Of a DNA stretch of 64,000 nt, positions 53,483 through 64,000 are shown piece by piece. A model generated the notes under the pieces. That model worked only from the letters and a program-made list of their open reading frames with translations, did not search any database and was not told the DNA's origin. How positions within the stretch are numbered: position 1 is the stretch's first letter; every line of letters starts with the position of its first letter. The translations under genes and the position numbers were made by a program. Origin of the DNA: Pecten maximus (Eukaryota). The stretch is from NCBI RefSeq assembly GCF_902652985.1, contig NC_047025.1, forward strand, positions 2,976,001 through 3,040,000, written 5' to 3'.

Positions 53483-54262
53483 TTGCCTTTATATTTCTCA
53501 CTCATTGAATTGCGCCTAAAATGATCAGTGATATTACATGTATCTAAATATTGAGCCGTAAGTTTAACAAAATCTTTCTCAGTGACAATTTAACAAGACA
53601 GACGTGATTTAAACAGTTTACATCGAGAATATTGACATGATATATCTCCTGGGCACGAATACTAGATGAATTGGGACATTGTATGCCATCAATGGTAAGG
53701 CTTCTAGGATTAATTAGCTAGCAGTTATAGAGGGCTCTATTTATTCTGTCTGGTGGAAGTGATGAACACCGTTGATAAAAACCTCCTAAAAACATCAATT
53801 TAGTGTCGTGATTACATTGAGGCAACTGTCGAAACTGGACTAGCTTGACCTACATCTGTAGTGTGTCAGTGAGACTTTACTATCATGTAAAGGAGTGTTA
53901 ACGATGGAGGATATTGTGATTGGACAATCTACCGTTTTACTGGTGCCGGCTCATCCTGGTTTCAGCCAATAATACGAAATGTTACATAGTCTGGTACGAA
54001 TCTTAATTAACCTACTTCACATTAAGTATTTTCCCCAATGGGAATTTTCTGCCTGAACATCAGTCTAAATCACTTTACTGTCTCGGTTCACTGAACATTA
54101 TTTACAGCCATATAATGTGAAAAAAATTTCCAATTCTTTTTCCTGGAAATTGATTGAGAGTCCTATAACAGCCAGACAAGGTTTAAGCTCATACCGATGA
54201 TTAATGCACTGACACTAATCTGCCTCACAGCTCCCTCATTCAGGTTGATAATCTTTTATTTC

Positions 54263-54480
54263 TTTGGTTTGGTTGTTTTTGTTTAACGTCCTATTAACAG
54301 CCAGGGTCATTTAAGGACGTGCCAGATTTTGGAGGTGGAGGAAAGCCGGAGTACCTGGAGAAAAACTACCGGCCTACGGTCAGTACCTGGCAACTGCCCC
54401 ACGTAGGTTTCGAACTCGCAACCCAGAGGTGGAGGGCTTAGTGATAAAAGTGTCGGGACACCTTAACCACTCGCGGCCCC
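54263..54480 (-). mobile_element. Near full-length tRNA-derived V-domain-like SINE
   Basis: Reverse complement of 60277-60504 with a small 5' deletion. TSD AATCTT(T/A)TATTTC at 54250-54262 and 54481-54493. Confidence 0.9.
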
Positions 54481-54522
54481 AATCTTATATTTCATGGACA
54501 ATAAAAACCACAATAAATCCCT

Positions 54523-54748
54523 TACTGTCAACATGGTTATTTTTGCGTGGGATTAATTTCCCGATTTCAATATGTAAACTTATATACGTGTGGGGGTATT
54601 TTTCGCGATCAATCCACTTTCGCATGTAGTTCAAGATTACGTAAATTGATATCAAATGATACGCATGAGGGAAATTTTCGCGAACTATTACGGAGTCCAT
54701 GTAATTAGCGTAAATTTCCCCCTCACTTAAATTTCAATGTTTACAGTA
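54523..54748. mobile_element. MITE with TA-flanked imperfect TIRs
   Basis: TActgtcaacat... and ...atgtttacagTA ends; a related left end tactgtaaac occurs at ~43782. Confidence 0.55.
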
Positions 54749-55099
54749 TTAGGGTATTGTGGTAAAGATATTCTTGTCTTTGTCTTGTCCTTGCCTAGGT
54801 TTTGAGTGGTAATTACATTCTGCCAAATGACTGTTTCCTAATTGTGTTTCATAATTGTTTTTCATAATTGTGAATATTTTGGATAAGTTCTAACAATTGG
54901 CTAAAAAAAAAAAAAAAAATACAAAGGACATTCAATCATTATATTCCTTTGGCTGTTTTCCTATTTTTTTAACAGGAGCGTACCAGTATAGATGTGTTGT
55001 TAAATAAACTATATAAACATGAGATCTGTCGGAAAGAAATTTGGATTGGCGGCCCCTAGAATTAATTGATTCAGGGATTAAAGTCTCTGAAGTTTAGCT

Positions 55100-55332
55100 C
55101 AGGGATTGGCCTCTGGAGTTTTCAATGGGCCCTAGGAGTTTTGTCCAGGGATTGGCCTCTGGAGTTTTACCTAGGTATTAGCCCCCAAAGTTTAGCCCAT
55201 GGATGCAATGGGCCCTAGGAGTTTTGTCCAGGGATTGGCCTCTGGAGTTTTACCTAGGTATTAGCCCCCAAAGTTTAGCCCATGGATGCAATGGGCCCTA
55301 GGAGTTTTGTCCAGGGATTGGCCTCTGGAGTT
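55100..55332. repeat. ~83-bp local tandem duplication
   Basis: caatgggccctaggagttttgtccagggattggcctctggagtt is repeated three times. Confidence 0.8.
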
Positions 55333-55949
55333 GTCTTCATTGAAGAATATTACTCCTTTGGTAACAGCTAGCACAGTTAAAATTCCATCATGCATGCATG
55401 CACACATAAAAACACTACTTAATAACCATGCATGTGCAATTGATGGACATGTAGAGATGAATGAACTCATGCTTTCACTAGATTATCTTCAGTCAGTGGG
55501 ACCTGCAGAAATGGTGTATATAATTACTAGACAAAACTTTATTCATGTTATCACCAGATTTGCTTCCTTAGACAATATGTCTACATAAAATTGAAATCCC
55601 ATAGCCCAAGTCATTTTTCCATAGACCTGTTTTGTAAACATATTGTTGAAAGTAGCATAACTGTCACACAAATGCTTGCATCATCCAGTAATAGCACGCC
55701 ATTATGGGTAAAAAAAACCTCTATTGTAAGCTCTGATTTTATATGATCATTTGTCAGAAAATATTGGAATGTTGTTTACATGAATTGTAATGTATGTCAG
55801 GACTCAAACTTTTCATAGCCAATGGGGCAAACACTTTTTACAAATTTAACATAGACCTACTAGGTGTTCTATAGCCTCTGGCCATCGGACCACCTTTACT
55901 TTCGAATACTGCCTCCATCCACCATATATCAATGAACTGGATGCTATAT

Positions 55950-58480
55950 ATGATTACCCTGAGATCCTTCCTAGCCTGACGACGACCCTCAAAGACCCTT
56001 CTTTGCCTGAGGTTGACCCGTAGAGACATTTCCTTGCCTGATGGCGAACTTCAGAGACCTTTCCTGGCCAGTGATGACCCTCAGAGATCCTTCCTGGCCC
56101 AGTGATGACCCTAAGGTATTTCCTGGCCCAGTGATGACCCTCAGAGATCCTTTCTGGCCCATTAATGACCCTAAGGTATTTCCTGGTCCAGTGATGACCC
56201 TCAGAAATCCTTTTTAGCCCATTAATGACCCTAAGGTATTTCCTGGTCCAGTGATGACCATCAGAGATCCTTTCTGGCCCATTAATGACCCTAAGGTATT
56301 TCCTGGTCTGTTGATGACCTTCAGATCCTTCCTAGCCCGGTGATGACCCTGAGATCCTTCCTAGCCCGGTTATGACCCTCAGAGATCCTTCCTGGCCCGG
56401 TGATGACCCTGAGATCCTTCATGGCCCGGTGATGACCCTGAGATCCTTCCTGGCCCGGTTATGACCCTCAGAAATCCTTCCTGGCCCGGTTATGACCCTA
56501 GAGATCCTTCCTGGCCCGGTGATGACCCTGAGATCCTTCCTGGCCCGGTTATGACCCTCAGAGATCCTTCCTGGCCCGGTGATATCCCTGAGATCCTTCC
56601 TGGCCCGGTTATGACCCTGAGATCCTTCCTGGCCCAGTTATGACCCTCAGAGATCATTCCTGGCCCGGTGATATCCCTGAGATCCTTCCTGGCCCAGTTA
56701 TGACCCTGATATCCTTCCTGGCCCGGTTATGACCTTCTTTCCTGGCCCGGTTATGACCCTGAGATCCTTCCTGGCCCGGTTATGACCCTGAGATCCTTCC
56801 TGGCCCGGTTATGACCCTCAGAGATCCTTCCTGGCCCGGTTATGTCCCTGAGATCCTTCCTGGCCCAGTGATGACCCTGAGATCCTTCCTGGCCCGGTGA
56901 TATCCCTGAGATCCTTCCTGGCCCGGTTATGACCCTGAGATCCTTCCTGGCCCGGTTATGACCCTCAGAGATCCTTCCTGGCCCGGTTATGACCCTGAGA
57001 TCCTTCCTGGCCCGGTGATGACCCTGAGATCCTTCCTGGCCCCGTGATGACCCTGAGATCCTTCCTGGCCCGGTGATATCCCTGAGATCCTTCCTGGCCC
57101 GGTTATGACCCTGAGATCCTTCCTGGCCCGGTTATGACCCTCAGAGATCCTTCCTGGCTCGGTTATGACCCTGAGATCCTTCCTGGCCCGTTTATGACCC
57201 TGAGATCCTTCCTGGCCCGGTTATGACCCTGAGATCCTTCCTGGCCCGGTTATGACCCTCCTTCCTGGCCCGGTTATGACCCTCAGAGATCCTTCCTGGC
57301 CCGGTGATATCCCTGAGATCCTTCCTGGCCCGGTTATGACCCTGAGATCCTTCCTGGCCCGGTTATGACCCTCAGAGATCCTTCCTGGCCCGGTGATATC
57401 CCTGAGATCCTTCCTGGCCCGGTTATGACCCTGAGATCCTTCCTGGCCCGGTTATGACCCTCCTTCCCGGCCCGGTTATGACCCTCAGAGATCCTTCCTG
57501 GCCCGGTGATATCCCTGAAATCCTTCCTGGCCCGGTTATGACCCTGAGATCCTTCCTGGCCCGGTTATGACCCTCAGAGATCCTTCCTGGCCCGGTGATA
57601 TCCCTGAGATCCTTCCTGGCCCGGTTATGAACCTCCTTCCTGGCCCGGTTATGACCCTCAGAGATCCTTCCTGGCCCGGTGATATCCCTGAGATCCTTCC
57701 TGGCCCGGTTATGACCCTCCTTCCTGGCCCGGTTATGACCCTCAGAGATCCTTCCTGGCCCGGTGATATCCCTGAGATCCTTCCTGGCCCGGTTATGACC
57801 CTGAGATCCTTCCTGGCCCGGTTATGACCCTCAGAGATCCTTCCTGGCCCGGTGATATCCCTGAGATCCTTCCTGGCCCGGTTATGACCCTGAGATCCTT
57901 CCTGGCCCGGTTATGACCCTCCTTCCCGGCCCGGTTATGACCCTCAGAGATCCTTCCTGGCCCGGTGATATCCCTGAAATCCTTCCTGGCCCGGTTATGA
58001 CCCTGAGATCCTTCCTGGCCCGGTTATGACCCTCAGAGATCCTTCCTGGCCCGGTGATATCCCTGAGATCCTTCCTGGCCCGGTTATGACCCTGAGATCC
58101 TTCCTGGCCCGGTTATGACCCTCCTTCCTGGCCCGGTTATGACCCTGAGATCCTTCCTGGCCCGGTTATGACCCCGAGATCCTTCCTGGCCCGGTTATGA
58201 CCCTCAGAGATCCTTCCTGGCCCGGTTATGTCCCTGAGATCCTTCCTGGCCCCGTGATGACCCTGAGATCCTTCCTGGCCCGGTGATATCCCTGAGATCC
58301 TTCCTGGCCCGGTTATGACCCTGAGATCCTTCCTGGCCCGGTTATGACCCTCAGAGATCCTTCCTGGCCCGGTTATGACCCTGAGATCCTTCCTGGCCCG
58401 GTGATGACCCTGAGATCCTTCCTGGCCCGGTTATGACCCTGAGATCCTTCCTGGCCCGGTTATGACCCTCCTTCCTGGCC
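55950..58480. repeat. GC-rich 29/31-bp minisatellite (atgaccctgagatccttcctggcccggtt), ~85 copies
   Basis: Direct repetition with a degenerate left edge; one CCGG per unit. Confidence 0.97.
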
Positions 58481-59860
58481 TCAGGACTCATGAGATAGTT
58501 CATGAGACATCAGCTGAAGTTATTGAGATTACAAAAGAATTAAGACATATACAGGCCCTGTAGACCTGTTGTGTATATTTTGACACTTTGTAAGCTTTCA
58601 AGGTTGATTAATGTCTTTAAGTTTTATAATGAATTTTTTTATAGTTATCAAAGAATTCAATCTCTCCAAAATTGCCTGTTCGGTATTCTTATCTGTCAGT
58701 GAAAAGATCCTATCTGTGTAGAATTGATGATGGGGAAGAGTTTCAACACTGACCAATAGATAAATGACCAATGTGTCATTCCAGAGCGGTTTGGAGGCTT
58801 TCAGTGGGTCTAATAATTGACCATGGTGGTGATGGAGTAGATGTTTCTCTACTCTTTCCATATGGCCATATGCTGACTGGCAACTTAGACCCAGCTTATC
58901 AATCAATGAGATCATTACAGGGCAGAGTGGATTTTGAAATTTTTCAGATTGAACATCTATCAGACGCTAAAATGCTCTACTGACGGGGTGTCTAGGGCTA
59001 GCTGCTTCTAAACCTCGTTTCATTGTGGCTGCATGAGACACCTACTAAATCAAAGTCTCCGTTTGTGTGTGAAAAACGACAAGTTTTCGGGAAAGTTTGC
59101 AAGGTAGACTTATGTCATTGTTAATTTCTCAACCATAATTGTTTACGTGTATGTCATGCAACTGACACAGTACTATAACGATTGATACTGACACAGGCCA
59201 TGTGAGGCCAAACCAGACAGAAATGTGATGTCATTTCTGCTCCGTAAACAGAATTCTGGAAAATTGGCTGTCAGATCCAGGCCTTATCTGAAACATGTTC
59301 TGGTATTCTATGAATAGACATTTGTAAAGATATGTCTGTTTTCTGTGGTCAAGAAGGTCATGGGATAGCTTGGTCAGGCTTTATTATTGTATTATATGTA
59401 GATGTGTTTTATTGAGCGACATTTCCTTTTGACAGTTTTTTATGTCTCGATCCGCTATGAGATGGGGGGGTGGGTGGGGTGTGGGCTTATAGTGTTACCT
59501 ATGTCTGTCCTGTTGTGTCTTGCACCGCGGCATCCTGTCCAGTTCGGATGCAATGTAACTAGCTTATCTCGGGAACTGCTGATGCATGCATGCTATCCTC
59601 ACCAAACTTTCCAGGGTGTCAAGTGGCAGAATTAAGGACATCTATGTCTTACAGACATTTTTTAGTTTTTAATCTCCATGGCCATTGTTTCATTATTTCA
59701 GTCTTGTCCTTAGATCTCAGTTTTTAACCAATCCTGTTTACACCTTAAGACTTTTTACCATCATGTTGTGTTTTCCTGAATGGCATTTTCATTTCAATAT
59801 TTTTAAAAGAATTATTGCTCTTTGTTGATTTTAGTATTTTAATCCTGTCCAGAATGAGAT

Positions 59861-60108
59861 CAGGGCCCAGTTGTTCAAAAGGTGATTACCTTAATTACTT
59901 CATTAGTGAAAATCTCATTTTGCCTTAATTTCAAATCCTCCGTGTGTCTATTCCTTAAAATATGCAGATAGGAAGAAACTGAGGAGTGTTTTAGTTTCAT
60001 AAAATGTGGTCATATTAATTTTACCAGAAATGATTTCATCGGGATTTTTAAATCATTGTTAAACTGTGATTATAAGCTTAATCAGACCTTTTGAACAACT
60101 GGGCAATG
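59861..60108. mobile_element. MITE with ~30-bp imperfect TIRs
   Basis: gcccagttgttcaaaagg..tgatta at the left end and taatca..ccttttgaacaactgggc at the right end. Confidence 0.75.
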
Positions 60109-60276
60109 CTTTTGTTTTAAACTGATTTCTATGGAACTTGGTAGGATTTGAAACCATGATAAATAGTTTCTAAGCCAGCTCTTTTGATTGAGCTATTCAT
60201 CTTTGTCATATTTCTATTTCTTTTGCACTTTGCTACAAGAAACTATGTGACTTTGGCATCAGATGGACATGTGTTG

Positions 60277-60504
60277 GGGGCCGCGGTGGCCGAGTGGTTA
60301 AGGTGTCCCGACACTTTAACACTAGCCCTCCACCTCTGGGTTGCGAGTTCGAAACCTACGTGGGGAAGTTGCCAGGTACTGACTGTAGGCCGGTGGTTTT
60401 TCTCCGGGTACTCCGGCTTAAATTTCCTCCACCTTTAAAACCTGACACATCCTTAAATGACCCTGGCTGTTAATAGGACGTTAAACAAAAACAAACAAAC
60501 CAAA
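60277..60504 (+). mobile_element. Full-length tRNA-derived SINE with V-domain-like core
   Basis: A box tggccgagtgg, B box gagttcgaaac, core ggtttttctccgggtactccgg..tttcctccac, and A/C-rich tail. TSD GGACAT(G/A)TGTTG at 60265-60276 and 60505-60516. Confidence 0.9.
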
Positions 60505-61689
60505 GGACATATGTTGTTCCGCTCTGCGTACTCTTCTTACTGATTCCTTGAAGCTTAATGAAGGACTTGACTGAAATCATAAAGCTATACACTATCTTTT
60601 GACTTGTTTAAATATCATAATTTTAAGTGCATCACAAGCTTATACTTTGTTATTTCATGAAGATCATTAATTTGTCAGTATCAAATAATGACAGATTTTT
60701 AGGAAAATAACCTATCTTCCCAAAATGCATATCGGATAACCTTTCTTCTATGATATCTTTCATGGTTCAAAGGTCAAGGTCGATCACCTTTACACTTAGT
60801 TCATACACAAATATACAAAGTGTTGTCAAATATTGATACTTTTGGTGAGAATTTGAATGACATCTTAGAGTTCTTATAAAATATGTATGTATTAAGATGT
60901 TCCTGATTATAAATCTGATAAATCATTTCTGAGAAGAAAAAACTAAAAGATCAGTGAACTGAAATCATTTCTAAGAAGAAAAATAAAAGATCAGTAAACT
61001 TATATATCCAATCAAACCAGTGAGTCTATTCTAACAGCTGATTGGTCACTTCATATGATGTCAATGACAGTTCACAGCTGTAGTCTGATTAACCTCGTTA
61101 CAAAGTGCTTGTTGTAGCCAAGACTATAACATTAAAGCGAATGGCGCCCAGATTGAGACACTTGTGGGAATCCCCGTTGTGTGGGTTTTAATTTTATTGT
61201 GTCCCTACCTAAGGTCAGTAACTGGTCAGTAACTGGTCAGTCATATCAGGTTTCACTTGTTTTCTGGAAATAAACACCATCAATGGCAAATTACTTAAAA
61301 ATAAATCCGAAATATCTCATAATTTTACTGCATTGTAATGATTATGTTCAAGTTTATTTCTAGAACATCATAATATAAAAGAAATGTAAAATTTCTTATT
61401 AGTGCTATAGATACAGTTGAAAATATCAATTTCTAATTGTAAAATATTACTAGTTTCACTATACAAAGTCATAGAATTATTTGAATTGTCAAATGTTATA
61501 GTTTAGAATATTAAAAGGTGTACAAAGTTGAGTTTTAATTGTCATTCAAGTATCAAAGATAAAATTACCAGATATCACAGTTTGAAATGAGAAAGGTTGA
61601 AAAAAGATTTCTGATGATTCATTGTTCATGAAAATAGTGAATGCAGTAATCTACGCAATAAACTTAAAATTGTTTAACTTAATTGTAAA

Positions 61690-63710
61690 AATTGTTAATT
61701 TCATTGTTAGCTAATCTCATTGTTAAAATTGGCTTATATCATTGTTAAATTGGTTAATGTAATTGTTAAATTGGTTAATGTAATTGTTAAATTGGCTAAT
61801 GTCATTGTTAAATTAGTTAATGTCATTGTTAAATTGGTTAATGTCATTGTTAAATTTGGCTATAATGTCATTGTTAAATTGGTTAATGTAATTGTTAAAT
61901 TGGTTAATGTCATTGTTAAATTGGTTAATGTAATTGTTAAATTGGTTAATGTCATTGTTAAATTGGTTAATGTAATTGTTAAATTGGTTAATGTAATTGT
62001 TAAATTAGTTAATGTCATTGTTAAATTGGTTAATGTCATTGTTAAATTGGTTAATGTCTTTGTTAAATTGGTTAATGTCATTGTTAAATTAGTTAATGTC
62101 ATTGTTAAATTGGTTAATGTCATTGTTAAATTGGTTAATGTCATTGTTAAATTTGACTATAATGTAATTGTTAAATTAGTTAATGTCATTGTTAAATTGG
62201 TTAATGTCATTGTTAAATTGGTTAATGTCATTGTTAAATTGGCTAATGTAATTGTTAAATTGGTTAATGTCATTGTTAAATTAGTTAATGTAATTGTTAA
62301 ATTGGCTAATGTAATTGTTAAATTGGTTAATGTCATTGTTAAATTGGTTAATGTCATTGTTAAATTGGTTAATGTCTTTGTTAAATTAGTTAATGTCATT
62401 GTTAAATTGGCTAATGTCATTGTTAAATTGGCTAATGTCATTGTTAAATTGGCTAATGTCATTGTTAAATTGGCTAATGTCATTGTTAAATTGGTTAATG
62501 TCATTGTTAAATTTGACTATAATGTAATTGTTAAATTAGTTAATGTCATTGTTAAATTGGCTAATGTCATTGTTAAATTGGTTAATGTAATTGTTAAATT
62601 GGCTAATGTAATTGTTAAATTGGTTAATGTCATTGTTAAATTTGACTATAATGTAATTGTTAAATTAGTTAATGTCATTGTTAAATTGGTTAATGTAATT
62701 GTTAAATTGGTTAATGTAATTGTTAAATTGGTTAATGTCATTGTTAAATTGGCTAATGTCATTGTTAAATTGGTTAATGTCATTGTTAAATTTGACTATA
62801 ATGTAATTGTTAAATTAGTTAATGTCATTGTTAAATTGGTTAATGTAATTGTTAAATTGGTTAATGTAATTGTTAAATTGGTTAATGTCATTGTTAAATT
62901 GGCTAATGTCATTGTTAAATTGGTTAATGTCATTGTTAAATTTGACTATAATGTAATTGTTAAATTAGTTAATGTCATTGTTAAATTGGCTAATGTCATT
63001 GTTAAATTGGTTAATGTAATTGTTAAATTGGCTAATGTAATTGTTAAATTAGTTAATGTCATTGTTAAATTAGTTAATGTAATTGTTAAATTAGTTAATG
63101 TAATTGTTAAATTGGTTAATGTCATTGTTAAATTAGTTAATGTCATTGTTAAATTAGTTAATGTAATTGTTAAATTGGTTAATGTCATTGTTAAATTTGA
63201 CTATAATGTAATTGTTAAATTGGCTAATGTCATTGTTAAATTAGTTAATGTCATTGTTAAATTAGCTAATGTCATTGTTGAATTTGACTATAATGTCATT
63301 GTTAAATTTGGCTATAATGTCATTGTTAAATTAGTTCATGTCATTGTTAAATTAGTTAATGTCATTGTTAAATTGGTTAATGTAATTGTTAAATTAGTTA
63401 ATGTCATTGTTAAATTAGTTAATGTAATTGTTAAATTAGTTAATGTCATTGTTAAATTGGTTAATGTAATTGTTAAATTGGTTAATGTCATTGTTAAATT
63501 AGTTAATGTCATTGTTAAATTAGTTAATGTCATTGTTAAATTAGTTAATGTAATTGTTAAATTGGTTAATGTCATTGTTAAATTTGACTATAATGTAATT
63601 GTTAAATTGGCTAATGTCATTGTTAAATTGGTTAATGCCATTGTTAAATTAGCTAATGTCATTGTTAAATTTGACTATAATGTCATTGTTAAATTTGGCT
63701 ATAATGTCAT
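61690..63710. repeat. AT-rich 21-bp minisatellite (aatgtcattgttaaattggtt) with 24-bp variants, ~93 copies
   Basis: Direct repetition; source of the 715-aa (VIVKLVN)n ORF. Confidence 0.97.
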
Positions 63711-63755
63711 TTTTAGCTCACCGGTTACGAGTAACCGAGATCTAATGCTGTCACC

Positions 63756-63788
<33 letters not shown>

Positions 63789-64000
63789 ACCCCAAAACTT
63801 TAAAGTTTTTGGGGTAAGTTTTTGGAAAGTTTGTAAGTCCAAAAGTATACACTTCATGCCCTTCTAAGTTGGTTTATACATTCATTAGAGGTCAAGGAGT
63901 GATGTTATGGCAAAATCATGCAGAAAACAATTGTGATTTTTTCGCATTTTACCATTTTGTGGACTTCACTTTTTTGGCACCAAAACTCACTTTAAAGTTT
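63710..64000 (+). mobile_element. 5' part of a HINE/Helentron-like element (runs off the right edge)
   Basis: tttttagctcacc start, CGGTTAC-GA-GTAACCG hairpin, and (cgcgtc)n microsatellite with intact CpGs, suggesting a young insertion. Confidence 0.75.

Noticed and set aside
51042-53524. Mucin-like (TPSPVNG)n ORFs with an N-glycosylation sequon in each repeat
   Set aside because: The frame is broken repeatedly by 19/20-bp units, and there is no signal peptide or convincing splice sites; this is a translation of a 21-bp minisatellite.
58598-58915. 105-aa minus-strand ORF
   Set aside because: No recognisable domain or splice context; the length is within chance expectation.
60277-60365. tRNA gene (also 48757-48875)
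   Set aside because: A and B boxes are present, but the sequence continues into a SINE body and tail (with a TSD at 60277), and no intact cloverleaf was seen.

Overview
Eukaryotic animal genomic DNA. It is AT-rich, and its SINE, HINE and MITE complement suggests a bivalve mollusc (inference). The window holds six phase-compatible internal + strand exons (17853-47334, 729 nt in total) of a coiled-coil gene matching LRRCC1/CLERC; its LRR exons and C-terminal exons are not seen here. A single-coding-exon class A neuropeptide GPCR (FMRFamide-receptor-like, 5955-7133, - strand) lies antisense, apparently inside a large LRRCC1 intron. About 28 kb (~40-45%) of the window is ~19 mutually unrelated minisatellite arrays with 12-56 bp units. 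These account for almost all of the long ORFs in the ORF track. The most unusual signal is that at least two arrays are built from the LRRCC1 exon/intron junction they abut (30088-32325 and 41463-42127). This places dozens of copies of the authentic 5' splice site directly downstream of the exon, with further candidate donor arrays at 1-358 (+) and 14530-14850 (-). Other features are a 34-bp satellite built around a perfect palindrome, tRNA-derived SINEs with TSDs, Helentron-type HINEs and MITEs. No CRISPR, rRNA or intact tRNA was found.
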